Assembly: GCA_963743305.1 (NCBI GenBank)
Contig: CAVUPH010000010.1
Location: 1-64,000 of the forward strand
Source of the DNA: an uncultured delta proteobacterium
Lineage (GTDB): Bacteria; Desulfobacterota; RBG-13-43-22
Direction of reading: 5' to 3'
Length of the DNA: 64,000 nucleotides
The notes under the pieces were generated by a model, which saw only the letters and a program-made list of their open reading frames with translations, made no database searches and had not been told where the DNA came from. Both the position numbers and the translations under genes were made by a program. How positions within the stretch are numbered: position 1 is the first letter of the stretch; every line of letters begins with the position of its first letter. Positions 1-9,993 of the stretch are shown piece after piece.

Positions 1-107
1 CGGATTTCGATCCGGAGTGGCAGCCGATCGACGGCCTTAAAGGCCGACTTTTACGTGAAGCGTCGGGTTGGGTATATTCTCAAAGGATTGAAAGATTCGG
101 CAGCCCA

Positions 108-569
108 TCATTCCCGGGCCGTGGTTCGGACGGTGAGGACCGAACAATTCGCCCGGCGGACCACTTTCTCGGCGGTGCTTCCTAAAAAAAAGTGGGCTAG
201 CCCGGTAAACCCGTGAGTGCCCATGACGACCAGGTCCAGTTGTTCCTGGTCGATAAAGTTCAAGAGTTCACTGGCCGGATGGCCGGAAAGGACCCGGACC
301 TCGACGTTGCTGTAATCGCCCATCCGCTGGACATAACGGCTTTCCATCTGTTCTGCGGACCGTTGAGTCACCTGTTCGATGAACTGGTAATTGGCCTGTT
401 CGGAAATGAATTCCTCCATGGCAGGAGAAGGAAATACCAGGGGCGGGACCACGTGGACCAGAAACAGCCGGGCCCCGTACTTTTTTGCCAGATCAAAGGC
501 CAGATCAAAGGCCTGATCGGCATTCTCTGAAAAATCCGTACTGAACGCCATTTTTTTCACCTGGACCAT
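108..569 (-). CDS. Universal stress protein (UspA family)
   Basis: STDFSENA N-terminal motif and VVMGTHG...LGSTAEKVVRRANCSVLTV C-terminal Usp motif. Confidence 0.93.
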   Translation of the reverse strand: MVQVKKMAFSTDFSENADQAFDLAFDLAKKYGARLFLVHVVPPLVFPSPAMEEFISEQANYQFIEQVTQRSAEQMESRYVQRMGDYSNVEVRVLSGHPASELLNFIDQEQLDLVVMGTHGFTGLAHFFLGSTAEKVVRRANCSVLTVRTTARE

Positions 570-590
570 AAATCACCTCGTATCATAATG

Positions 591-631
591 TAAAAGATAG
601 AATGCCAATTTGATTGGCATTCTATCTTTTA
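591..631. terminator. Perfect 19-bp hairpin between lysR and usp; terminator or operator
   Basis: TAAAAGATAGAATGCCAAT-ttg-ATTGGCATTCTATCTTTTA. Confidence 0.55.
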
Positions 632-693
632 AATAAGTTCGGTGTCAATGGAATAACCGTTGCTGCGGGTCGGTCGAAAAGGGTAGGTCCCTT

Positions 694-1599
694 TCAAGCC
701 AGGGCTTCATCGCTGACCCCGATTTTTTTCAAAAGCAGGTCCAGGAAGGCCTGAGCCGTGGGGGAGAGGCTGCGGTTTTTCAAGAAAACAATATCCACAT
801 TTAAATAAAAAGGCCCCTCGTCCAGTGCCCGGGTTTTAAGGGCGCCCCGTTTCAGTTCTTCTTCCACCGCCGAGCGGACCACGAAGGAGATCCCCTTGCC
901 GGTTTCCACCAGTTCCTTGATGAAGTCCACATTGCCCGCTTCGGTTAATATGGAGGGTTTGATTCTAGCTTTCCGAAAATGATCCAGGATAATATCCCGG
1001 GTGCCGGAGCCCCTTTCCCGGATGATCAGCGGCTCCCGGGCCAGATCCTGGAAGGTCAGCCTGCGACTCCTGCTTAAAGGGTGGTAGCGTCCCAGGATCA
1101 GGACCAGTTCCTCCTGGGCAAAGGAAATCACCTTTAAGGGCGGGGGATAGGATTCCTTGGCGATCAGGGCCAACTCATTCTTGTGGACCAGCAGGCTGCG
1201 GGCAATTTCCGCGGAGCTGCCCTCATCCAGGATGACATGGACGCCCGGGTGCAGTTCGCGAAAGGAGGAGATCAGGGCCGGCATGAGGTGCTTGGCGTAG
1301 GTTTTGGTGGTGCCGATTTTTAGGGTTCCCTTTTCCAGGTCCCTCAACTCCCAGACGGCCCTTTCGGCGGCTGCCGTCAGGTCGAAGATTCTCCGGGCAT
1401 AGCCGAAAAGGAGGCGGCCGGCCTCGGTTAACTCGATCCGTTTTCCGTGGCGATGAAACAAGGGTACCCCAAAATAGTTTTCCAGTTGCCGGACCTGCAT
1501 GGTCACAGCCGGCTGGGTCAGATAGAGTTCTTCGGCGGCGGCGGAGAAGCTCTGGCTTTTCCCTGAAATATAAAATAATTTTAATTGGTTAAGGTTCAT
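694..1599 (-). CDS. LysR family transcriptional regulator (CysL/CbbR-like)
   Basis: MNLNQLKLF...SFSAAAEELYLTQPAVTMQVRQLE HTH; RERGSGTR in the substrate domain; divergent from the pps operon. Confidence 0.95.
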   Translation of the reverse strand: MNLNQLKLFYISGKSQSFSAAAEELYLTQPAVTMQVRQLENYFGVPLFHRHGKRIELTEAGRLLFGYARRIFDLTAAAERAVWELRDLEKGTLKIGTTKTYAKHLMPALISSFRELHPGVHVILDEGSSAEIARSLLVHKNELALIAKESYPPPLKVISFAQEELVLILGRYHPLSRSRRLTFQDLAREPLIIRERGSGTRDIILDHFRKARIKPSILTEAGNVDFIKELVETGKGISFVVRSAVEEELKRGALKTRALDEGPFYLNVDIVFLKNRSLSPTAQAFLDLLLKKIGVSDEALA

Positions 1600-1614
1600 A
1601 TGGGTGAGTCCCAG

Positions 1615-1681
1615 CTATAAATAATTCTTATAGTATCATAAAATCAATTGTCTTGACAAGACCCGGGTTTTTTTTTACCCT
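1615..1681 (+). promoter_or_regulatory. LysR-type T-N11-A box plus sigma70-like promoter for the pps operon
   Basis: Palindrome CTATAA-N7-TTATAG at 1615-1633; TTGACA at 1653-1658, 17-nt spacer, TAcccT at 1676-1681. Confidence 0.55.
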
Positions 1682-1857
1682 TTAAACTAGCTCCCAGAGG
1701 CCTGGCGCCTATCCGCAAGCATCCCGACGCTGTAATTGCAATCCCTGAGGGACTCCGAAAAACACGAAAAGGAGGTGATTTTTTTTAATAGTTCTTTAAT
1801 TTAGGGAGAGGTATTTTGCTTTTAATTTTTACCCACCACCAAAAAGGAGAAGCAAAG

Positions 1858-3702
1858 ATGGCCGGAACCAATATGAAGTTTCCTGACCCCCATGAAATCC
1901 CCACCATCCCCGGCACGGAAGGCTGGGAACGCATGTATCCCTACCATTATCTTTTTACCACCGACGATCCGGAGCGAAAGGCCTATGAGAAAGGCATGTT
2001 CTGGTTTAATGATGCCCTTCATTATCCCGAGCCGATGTATCCTTTTGACATCATCTGGGATGAGGCCTGGTTCTTAGCCCTGTCGCAGAATAACACCCGG
2101 GTTTTCATCGTCCCGCCGGCCCTGGGAGTCGATCACCGCATCGTAAACGGCAATATCTACATTACCCCCGTCCCGGTGGCCGATCCGAGCACGATCCCCG
2201 CCCGGGTCGAACTCTTCATGAAGCGGGCCGGCTATTATTACCAGAATTGGGATCGCCTCCATGATAATTGGGAAAAGAAGATGCGGGAGGTGATTGAAAG
2301 GGTAGCGGCCATCGAAATCTCCGATCTGCCGGAAATGGAAGAGGAGTCGGTGGTCATGGAGGGTTTGGGGATCAGCAGCGGATATAAACTCCTGAAAAAA
2401 TACGACGATTTGATCGACCTGGGCATCCTGGCCTGGCAATATCACTTTGAATTTTTAAACCTCGGGTATGCCGCCTACGTGGTCTTTTTAGATTTCTGCC
2501 AGAAGGCCTTCCCGGATATCCCCATCCAGCGGGTCACCCAGATGGTCTCCGGGGTGGACGTCATCATGTATCAACCCGACGAGGAATTGAAAAAATTGGC
2601 CAAGCTGGCCATGGAACTGGGTCTGGCCGACGCCATCCTGGGCGGGGGAATGATCGATCAACTCTGGCCTAAACTCGAGGCCACAGAAGCGGGGAAGAAG
2701 TGGACGGCCGCCTTCGATAAGGCCAAAGACCCCTGGTTCTACATCTCCACCGGGACCGGCTGGTACCACCACGACTCCTGCTGGCTGGATGACCTCAACA
2801 TCCCGCTGGATTCGATCCGCATCTATATCGGCACCCTGAAAAAGGGCGGCACCATTGAACGGCCCTTGGCCGATGTTCGGGAAGAACGGGACAAGATCAC
2901 CACCGAATACCGCAAGCTCCTGAAAACCGATGAGGACCGGGCTACCTTCGACCAGCTTCTAGGCACCTCTAAAACGGTTTTTCCTTACGTGGAGAACCAC
3001 CTCTTTTATGTGGAGCACTGGTTTCACAGCATCTTCTGGAAACAAATGCGCAAAATTTCCAGCATTTTGGTCAATCACGGCTTTATCCAGGACGTGGAAG
3101 ATATCTGGTACCTCTCGCGTAGCGAGATCAAGGACGCCCTCTGGGATCTGGTCACCGGCTGGGCCACGGGCACCAAAGCCCGCGGACCGCTCTACTGGCC
3201 CAAGGAGATCGCCTGGCGCAAGGGAGTCATGGATAAGTTCCGGCAGTGGACCGCGCCGCCGGCCCTGGGGATCGCCCCGGAGTCCATCACCGAGCCCTTT
3301 ACCATCGTTCTCTGGGGGGTCACCTCGGAGAGCATGACCAACTGGGCCAAGGCCAAAGAGGTGGGCGATCTGAGCACTCTGACCGAACTCAAGGGCTTCC
3401 CCGGCTCTCCCGGACAGGTGGAAGGGCCGGCCCGGGTCTGCCGCAGCGTGACCGAAATCAACCAACTGCAGGAAGGCGAGATCCTGGTGGCCCCCACCAC
3501 CTCGCCCAGTTGGGCCCCGGCCTTTCAGAAGATCAAGGCCTGCGTCACCGACGTGGGCGGGGTCATGTGTCACGCGGCCATTGTCTGCCGGGAATACGGC
3601 GTGCCGGCTATCGTCGGCACCGGTCTCGGCACCCAGGCGATCAAGACCGGGGATTATATCAAGGTGGACGGCAGCACGGGAGTTATCACCATCAGGAGGT
3701 AA
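1858..3702 (+). CDS. ppsA: Phenylphosphate synthase alpha-subunit-like protein (PEP-utilising mobile His domain)
   Basis: ATG 1858 after AGGAG; FPDPHEIPTIPGTEGWERMYPYHY N-terminus typical of PpsA; C-terminal VTDVGGVMCHAAIVCREYG phospho-His motif. Confidence 0.85.
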   Translation: MAGTNMKFPDPHEIPTIPGTEGWERMYPYHYLFTTDDPERKAYEKGMFWFNDALHYPEPMYPFDIIWDEAWFLALSQNNTRVFIVPPALGVDHRIVNGNIYITPVPVADPSTIPARVELFMKRAGYYYQNWDRLHDNWEKKMREVIERVAAIEISDLPEMEEESVVMEGLGISSGYKLLKKYDDLIDLGILAWQYHFEFLNLGYAAYVVFLDFCQKAFPDIPIQRVTQMVSGVDVIMYQPDEELKKLAKLAMELGLADAILGGGMIDQLWPKLEATEAGKKWTAAFDKAKDPWFYISTGTGWYHHDSCWLDDLNIPLDSIRIYIGTLKKGGTIERPLADVREERDKITTEYRKLLKTDEDRATFDQLLGTSKTVFPYVENHLFYVEHWFHSIFWKQMRKISSILVNHGFIQDVEDIWYLSRSEIKDALWDLVTGWATGTKARGPLYWPKEIAWRKGVMDKFRQWTAPPALGIAPESITEPFTIVLWGVTSESMTNWAKAKEVGDLSTLTELKGFPGSPGQVEGPARVCRSVTEINQLQEGEILVAPTTSPSWAPAFQKIKACVTDVGGVMCHAAIVCREYGVPAIVGTGLGTQAIKTGDYIKVDGSTGVITIRR

Positions 3703-3705
3703 GGA

Positions 3706-4791
3706 ATGGGTCAGGAAGTAAAAAGCCCTTATATTTTGCGGTTCGAAGAATGCGACCTGAGCTTTTTGCCTTTGGTGGGCGGGAAGAATGCCAGTCTGGG
3801 GGAGTTACTCCGGGCTGGCATTCCGGTCCCTCCCGGTTATGCCATAACCACCGAAGCCTATGACGACTATTTGAACCAACAGGGATTGAAGAAACCGATT
3901 TTTGATCGACTCCGGGATCTGGACCCGCAGGATCTGGACGGGGTGGAGGCCGCCAGTCAATTCGTTCGGGCCTTGATCGAAGGCACTCCGATTCCCGAGG
4001 AGATTGCCACGGCTATCGGGGATAGCTATAACCATTTATGGCGGGAGCTGCAACTGCCCCTGATGCCGGTGGCCGTTCGTTCCAGCGCCACGGCCGAGGA
4101 TCTGCCCGGGGCCAGCTTTGCCGGGCAGCAGGAGACCTACCTGTTTGTCCGCACCCAGGAAGAAATCCTCGACAAGGTTCGGTTATGCTGGTCTTCCCTG
4201 TTTACCCCCCGGGCCATCACCTACCGGATCAAGATGGGCTTTGACCATGAGAAGGTCCTGATCAGCGTGGGCATCCAGAAGATGGTCAACTCCTTTACGG
4301 CCGGGGTCATGTTCACCTTGAATCCGGCCTCCGGGGACGTTTCGGTGATCGTCATCGATGCCAACTGGGGGGTGGGGGAGTCGGTGGTCAGCGGGTCGGT
4401 AACTCCTGACCAATTCGTGGTGGATAAAATCAACCTGGAGATCCTCAAGAGGACCATTTCCCGCAAGGAAATGTATTTCACTACCAATCCCGAACGCAAC
4501 CAACTGGTGGAGATGGAAGTCGAAGAGGAACGCAAGGAAGTTCAATCAGTCATCGACAAAGACATCAAGGAACTGGCCCGGTACGGCAAGTTGATCGAGG
4601 CCCATTACGGCAAACAGATGGATATTGAGTGGGCCGTGGACAAGGACCTGCCGGCCGGCGGTAATGTGCGCATCCTTCAGGCCCGGCCGGAAACGGTCTG
4701 GAGCCAGAAGAAGGTGGAGCCGGTGGTAAAGCCCAAGGCCACGGCCATGGAACAGATTGTGGCCGGGTTGATGCAGGGCCGGAAATTTTAG
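3706..4791 (+). CDS. ppsB: Phenylphosphate synthase beta-subunit-like protein (PEP/pyruvate-binding ATP-grasp)
   Basis: VGGKNASLGEL, AVRSSATAEDLPGASFAGQQET, DIEWA, ILQARPET; a stand-alone N-terminal half of PEP synthase next to ppsA. Confidence 0.85.
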   Translation: MGQEVKSPYILRFEECDLSFLPLVGGKNASLGELLRAGIPVPPGYAITTEAYDDYLNQQGLKKPIFDRLRDLDPQDLDGVEAASQFVRALIEGTPIPEEIATAIGDSYNHLWRELQLPLMPVAVRSSATAEDLPGASFAGQQETYLFVRTQEEILDKVRLCWSSLFTPRAITYRIKMGFDHEKVLISVGIQKMVNSFTAGVMFTLNPASGDVSVIVIDANWGVGESVVSGSVTPDQFVVDKINLEILKRTISRKEMYFTTNPERNQLVEMEVEEERKEVQSVIDKDIKELARYGKLIEAHYGKQMDIEWAVDKDLPAGGNVRILQARPETVWSQKKVEPVVKPKATAMEQIVAGLMQGRKF

Positions 4792-5038
4792 CCGATTCCC
4801 CGCGGGGGGAAGGATCTTGGAGCGGAGACTGATCCGTTTCGGCCGGGAGAGGACGACCGGGATGGACCAGTCGGCCAGCGGTTTTCGAAGGATGGAAAAC
4901 CGGGGAGCGTTTACGGCCTTTGGCCTCTCACCAAAGGCCAGACTTCGCTCGAACCGAGACCCCCGCGGAGTGGAATCTGTCGAGGGTACTATTTTCATAT
5001 CATTATACTAATAAATAAAGGAGGCCTGGAGAATAACG

Positions 5039-6445
5039 ATGAAAGATTTAAGAGATTTTATTGCCATAGGGGAACCCGACGGATTAGTGCATCGGGTGAA
5101 GGCGGAAGTGGATTGGAACCTGGAGTTATCTCATATCGCCAAACTGAATGAGGAAAAACTTGGTCCGGCCCTGCTCTTTGAAAACGTGAAGGGTTATACC
5201 AGCCCGGTCATGACCAGCGTCTGCACCACCACCCAGCGGTTAGCGATCCTCATGCGCATGCCCAGGGAGACCAGCCTGGTGGGGCTCATGGAGCAATGGG
5301 TCAAGGTGGGCGACAAACTGATCCCGCCGGTCTGGGTGGAACGGGACCAGGCCCCTTGCAAGGAAAACATCATGAAGGGGAGCGATATCGATCTCTTCAA
5401 GTTCCCGGTACCCAAATGGTATCCCAAGGACGGGGGGCGCTTTATCGGCACGGCCCATTATATTATCAGCAAGGATCCGGATTCCGGCTGGATCAACCTG
5501 GGGACGTACCGCTCCCAATTGTTGGAGAAGGACAAGGTCGGCACCCAATTCATCAAGGGCAAACATGCCGATATTATGCTCAAGAAATACCAGGCCCTGA
5601 AAAAGCCCATGCCGGTGGCCTCGGTTATCGGCGGGGATCCGTTGCTGTTTGTCTTGGGCGCGGCCCGGCTCTCGGCCTTCGTTTCCGAGTACGATGTGGC
5701 CGGGGCCATCGCCGGGGCCCCCATTGAAGTGGTCAAGGGGGAGACGGTGGACTTGCCCATCCCGGCCCACGCCGAGATCGTCATCGAGGGATTGGTGGAT
5801 GCGGAAAAATTTTTGCCGGAAGGCCCCTTTGGGGAATACACCGGCTACTATTCAGGGGTGGGCACGGACCCCCGGAATTTTATTGACGTCCAATGCGTTA
5901 CCTTCCGGAACAACCCCATACTCTGGGGGACCACGGTTGGCCGAGCGGTGACCGATACGCACATGACCATGGCCTTGTCTTACGGGTCGACCCTCTGGCA
6001 GCAATTGACTGCCATGAAAATCCCGGGGATCAAATCGGTATATTGTCCACCCGAGGGATCGGGCCGCTTCCTGGCCATCATTTCCCTGAAACAGATGTAC
6101 CCGGGCCACGCCGATCAGGTGCTGACCGCGGCCATCTCCACCGAAATGGGCGCTTACGGGCTGAAGACCGTCATCGTGGTGGACGACGACATCGACGCCT
6201 GGGACATTCCCCGGGTCATGTACGCCCTGAGCTTTCGCTTCCAGCCCAACCGCAGCCAGGTGATCAAGCGCGGGCGATCCACGCCGTTGGATCCATCGCT
6301 GCCCATCGATTCCCGGGACATCACCGGCCGGTTGCTTTTGGACGCCACCATTCCCTACGACTGGAAGGAGAAACCCATCCCGATTGCTCTGGACCCGGAT
6401 ATGGTCAGGCAAGTTGAAAGCCGCTGGAAGGAATTCGGGTTATAG
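5039..6445 (+). CDS. ppcB: UbiD-family prFMN-dependent carboxylase, phenylphosphate carboxylase beta-like
   Basis: EVDWNLELSHIAKLNEEK-GPALLFE, EGPFGEYTGY, KQMYPGH, IKRGRSTPLDP, DATIPYDWK resemble PpcB. Confidence 0.85.
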   Translation: MKDLRDFIAIGEPDGLVHRVKAEVDWNLELSHIAKLNEEKLGPALLFENVKGYTSPVMTSVCTTTQRLAILMRMPRETSLVGLMEQWVKVGDKLIPPVWVERDQAPCKENIMKGSDIDLFKFPVPKWYPKDGGRFIGTAHYIISKDPDSGWINLGTYRSQLLEKDKVGTQFIKGKHADIMLKKYQALKKPMPVASVIGGDPLLFVLGAARLSAFVSEYDVAGAIAGAPIEVVKGETVDLPIPAHAEIVIEGLVDAEKFLPEGPFGEYTGYYSGVGTDPRNFIDVQCVTFRNNPILWGTTVGRAVTDTHMTMALSYGSTLWQQLTAMKIPGIKSVYCPPEGSGRFLAIISLKQMYPGHADQVLTAAISTEMGAYGLKTVIVVDDDIDAWDIPRVMYALSFRFQPNRSQVIKRGRSTPLDPSLPIDSRDITGRLLLDATIPYDWKEKPIPIALDPDMVRQVESRWKEFGL

Positions 6446-6571
6446 CCATCTAAACCGTTTTCGAAATCCTCCTCATTTTCCCATGGTTGCCTCCCTTTCC
6501 CTGACAAGAAAGGGAGGCGTCCTGGCTTGTCTTGGATTGGTGTGAGGAGGTTAATATACAAGTAACCGTTT

Positions 6572-6650
6572 CAAATCCCCCTAAATCCCCCTTTGTCAAA
6601 GGGGGACTTTAACTCCCCCCTTAGAAAAAGGGGGGCGGGGGGGGGATTTC
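6572..6650. repeat. Palindromic intergenic element (AAATCCCCC...GGGGGATTT type)
   Basis: aaatccccctaaatccccctttgtcaaagggggac...ggggggattt nested C/G-run stems. Confidence 0.6.
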
Positions 6651-6747
6651 CATACTTTGGGGGTGCCCTCCTCAAGTATGAGGTGGGGCAATACGAAAAT
6701 AGAAAACGAATATTGAATATCGAACGCAATTTCGAATGATGAAGGAA

Positions 6748-6774
6748 GTAGGGGCGACCGGCCGGTCGCCCCTA
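6748..6774. repeat. GTAG-type REP palindrome
   Basis: GTAGGGGCGACCGGCCGGTCGCCCCTA: perfect palindrome with a GTAG head. Confidence 0.7.
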
Positions 6775-6810
6775 ATAAAGACAACAAAAGTTCCCTTAGG
6801 GAGGTTCTTA

Positions 6811-8463
6811 GTGAAACCCATACGCTACACGCAGGAAATGGTCGATGAATATACCCGCGACGGGTACTGGACCGACGAAACCTTTTATGATTTTTACGAA
6901 CGCAATGTGCGGGAATTCGGAGATCGCGAAGCCCTGGTGGATTCCAAATACCGGCTCACCTGGAAGCAGGCCAAACGGCTGATTGACGGGATCGCCCAGA
7001 CCTTTGTCCAGATGGGTATCCCCAAGGATGCCCGGATCATTATTCAATCCCCCAATAGCGTCTATGGCTTTCTGGCCCGCGTCGCCAGCGAACGGGCCGG
7101 GCTTATTTCCCTGACCGTCTACCCCTATCTGCGGGAGCGGGAGTTGGAGCACTTCGTCGAAAAGACCCAGGCCGAGGCGGTGATCATCTGTTATATCTAC
7201 CGCAATTTTAATTACCTGGAAATGTATAAGGGGCTGCAGGTCCGTTTTCCGTTTTTAAAGCACATTTTTCTTTTCGAGGAGACGGTTCCCCCGGAGGCCC
7301 CGAAAAATACCTATTCCCTGATCAAGCTGGCTGAGGAATCCCTGGCCAAACCGATCGACGAGGCGCTGCTGAATGCTCGCCGGTTCAACCCCCAATGGGA
7401 CATCGGTCTGCTGACCAGTACGACCGGGACGACCGGGCTACCCAAGCTGGTCGAGTGGCCCATCGCCCCCCGGGTCTGCACTTCCAAGGGACGGGTGGCC
7501 ATCTGGAAGCTGACCAAGGACGACATCACTATGGCCATCGCCCCTCATGCCGGCGGAGCCGCCGGGACCCTGACCTATTTTGCGGCCCCCCTGGCCGGGG
7601 CCAAAACCGTGATGCTGGAAGAATTCAACCCGGAGGCGGCCCTGGCCCTGATCGAAAAGGAAAAGGCCACGGCCATCGGGGTGGTGCCGACCCACCTGGT
7701 ACGGATGCTCGAGGCGGATACCTCGAAGTATGATTTGAGCTCCCTGCGGTTCATCCGGTCCGCCGGCGGTTACCTGTCGCCCCAGGTGGCGGAAGAGGCC
7801 GAAAAGGCCTTCGGGGCCGCCATTACCAGTGACCTGGGTACCCAGGACGTGGGCTCCGTGTCCGGTTGTTCGGTCGATGACTCCAAGGACCTGCGTCGCC
7901 GGACAGTGGGCCGGATGCTTCCGGGCAACAAGGTGGTCCTGAAGGACGAACAGGGAAATCCCGTCCCGGACGGCGAACCGGGGATCCTCTGGTTCCGGGG
8001 CCCCCATGCCCCGGCCGGCTACTTTCGGGATCCAGAATTAACGGCCACGGTTTTCGATCAGGACGGCTGGACCACCACCGGCGATATCGTCAAGTTCGAC
8101 CAGGGCTGCCTTTGGATCCTGGGACGGGCTAAAGACATGATCATCCGTGGCGGCCAGAATATTTACCCGGCGGAAATCGAAGGCCTGCTGAACGGCCATC
8201 CCGCGGTGGCCAGTGTAGCCGTCGTCGGCTACCCGGATCGGGAGATGGGGGAACGGGCCTGCGCCTACGTGGTTCCCAAGGTCGGGCAGACCCTGACCTT
8301 TGAAGAGATGAAGGCCTTTTTGAAAGAGAAGAAGATTTCCGCCTATAAGCTGCCCGAACGTCTGGAATTGGTCCCGGCCCTGCCGACGGTAGGGGATTCA
8401 GGCAAGGTCGATAAAAAGGTTTTGAAGACCCAATTGGAAGAGTGGGTCAAGGCGGGGAAATAG
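6811..8463 (+). CDS. Aryl/acyl-CoA ligase (AMP-binding; DhbE or cyclohexanecarboxylate-CoA ligase-like)
   Basis: GTG start after GGAGG; TSTTGTTGLPK P-loop variant, TGD, GRAKDMIIRGGQNIYPAEIE, GKVDK. Confidence 0.88.
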   Translation: MKPIRYTQEMVDEYTRDGYWTDETFYDFYERNVREFGDREALVDSKYRLTWKQAKRLIDGIAQTFVQMGIPKDARIIIQSPNSVYGFLARVASERAGLISLTVYPYLRERELEHFVEKTQAEAVIICYIYRNFNYLEMYKGLQVRFPFLKHIFLFEETVPPEAPKNTYSLIKLAEESLAKPIDEALLNARRFNPQWDIGLLTSTTGTTGLPKLVEWPIAPRVCTSKGRVAIWKLTKDDITMAIAPHAGGAAGTLTYFAAPLAGAKTVMLEEFNPEAALALIEKEKATAIGVVPTHLVRMLEADTSKYDLSSLRFIRSAGGYLSPQVAEEAEKAFGAAITSDLGTQDVGSVSGCSVDDSKDLRRRTVGRMLPGNKVVLKDEQGNPVPDGEPGILWFRGPHAPAGYFRDPELTATVFDQDGWTTTGDIVKFDQGCLWILGRAKDMIIRGGQNIYPAEIEGLLNGHPAVASVAVVGYPDREMGERACAYVVPKVGQTLTFEEMKAFLKEKKISAYKLPERLELVPALPTVGDSGKVDKKVLKTQLEEWVKAGK

Positions 8464-8554
8464 AAGACGCGGAGCGCAGAGCGCCTGGCGCGAAGCGTCG
8501 AGGAAACAAGGTCAGGCCTAACGGGTGAGGGTTTCGGAGAAGGTTAATCGCCTC

Positions 8555-8645
8555 GTCATTGCGAGCGAAGCAATCCCCTTATTGATCTGGGGGAAGTCCT
8601 AAGCTGCCAGGGGGATTGCGTCGTCGCTGCACTCCTCGCAATGAC
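8555..8645. repeat. GTCATTGCGAG...CTCGCAATGAC palindromic repeat, copy 1
   Basis: Terminal inverted repeat; further copies at 21915 and 29690. Confidence 0.85.
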
Positions 8646-8705
8646 AGGTCGGTGACCTCTCTACGAAGCACGTCAATTGAAAAAAACACGGATCATATTT
8701 AAATC

Positions 8706-9944
8706 ATGATGAACTCTATGGACTCAGCCATTTTGATTATTTCAACCTTGGATACCAAGGCGCAGGAAACCCTTTATTTGCGGGATCAAATCCGGGCGCT
8801 GGGCGGCCGGGCACTGACCATGGATCTGTCCATGGGAGCGGCGGCCGGGGAGAAGGGGGATATCCTGTCGGACGAAGTCGCTTTGCAGGGAGGAACCACG
8901 ATTGAAGCCGTCCGCGCCTCCCGCGATCGGACCGGTATTACCAGGGCTATGACCCAGGGGGCGGTCCAGATCGCCCGGAAACTGCTGGAGGAGGGTCGGT
9001 TGGCCGGCGTCCTTGGTCTGGGCGGGGCCACACTTTCCATGATCGCCACGAACATCATGCGCGCGCTGCCCTTTGGAATTCCCAAAGTCATGGTTTCCTC
9101 CAGCGCTGCCCTGCCGGGGCTCTCCACCCGCTACATCGGGACCGGCGACATCATGCTCTTTCACACGGTTATTGAGCTCTCCGGGTTGAGCCCCCACTTG
9201 AAAAATGTGCTTAATCGGGCCGCCCGGGCGGTCTGGGCCATGGCCCAGGAACCTCGGTTCTCCGCGGAGGCGGCCAGAGGATCGGCCCAAAAGCAGATCG
9301 CGCTGTCCATGTTCGGACCTTGCGATCCCTGCGCTCACCTCATCCAGGACGGCCTCACCCAGGCCGGTTTCGAGGTCATCGGGTTTCACGCCGCCGGCAT
9401 CTGCGACCGGGCCATGGAGGAGATGATCGCCGAAGGCTATTTTGACGGCGTGGTGGATCTGGCTCCCGGCGGGGTGGGCGAACAGCTCCTGGGCGGCATG
9501 CGGGCCGCCGGACCGAAGCGGCTGGAGGCGGCCGGAAAATTGGGTATCCCGCAAGTGATCGCCCCCAGCGGGGTGAATTTCATGAGCCCCAGCCGGAAAA
9601 ACTATAAACCGGATTACGCCCAGCGGCGCAAATACGATCTGGATAAGGACCGTACCTGGCTTCGTTTGAGTACGGATGAATTAAAACAGGTGGCCGAAGT
9701 AATGGCCGGGAAACTGAATCAGGCCCAGGGACCGGTGATCCTGCTGATCCCTACCCGGGGCTGGTCTACGGCGGATGCCCCCGGCAGCGCCGCCTATGAT
9801 CCGGAAGAGGATCGGTTCTTTACCGAAACCCTCCGGCAGCATTGTAAACCCGAAATCACCCTTCAGACGGTTGAGGCCTATTTAAATGACCCCGCCTTCG
9901 CCCGAGCCGCGGTGGAGGCTATGATCAGAGTCCTCAAGCCCTGA
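8706..9944 (+). CDS. UPF0261 / Tm-1-like ATP-binding domain protein, copy 1
   Basis: STLDTKAQE, GLGG, MRALPFGIPKVMVSS, GFHAAG, LNDPAFA. Confidence 0.88.
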   Translation: MMNSMDSAILIISTLDTKAQETLYLRDQIRALGGRALTMDLSMGAAAGEKGDILSDEVALQGGTTIEAVRASRDRTGITRAMTQGAVQIARKLLEEGRLAGVLGLGGATLSMIATNIMRALPFGIPKVMVSSSAALPGLSTRYIGTGDIMLFHTVIELSGLSPHLKNVLNRAARAVWAMAQEPRFSAEAARGSAQKQIALSMFGPCDPCAHLIQDGLTQAGFEVIGFHAAGICDRAMEEMIAEGYFDGVVDLAPGGVGEQLLGGMRAAGPKRLEAAGKLGIPQVIAPSGVNFMSPSRKNYKPDYAQRRKYDLDKDRTWLRLSTDELKQVAEVMAGKLNQAQGPVILLIPTRGWSTADAPGSAAYDPEEDRFFTETLRQHCKPEITLQTVEAYLNDPAFARAAVEAMIRVLKP

Positions 9945-9993
9945 GGTCCAACCTTTCTGGACCGGGGGGCCGGCAGGGGGAACGCCGATATCC

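Noticed and set aside
1-107. 3' end of an upstream plus-strand gene
   Set aside because: Two frames are open but neither is recognisable; too short to call
1858-4791. Split or broken PEP synthase
   Set aside because: No pyruvate-binding C-terminal TIM barrel; the two-gene architecture and ppcB context fit a phenylphosphate-synthase-type enzyme
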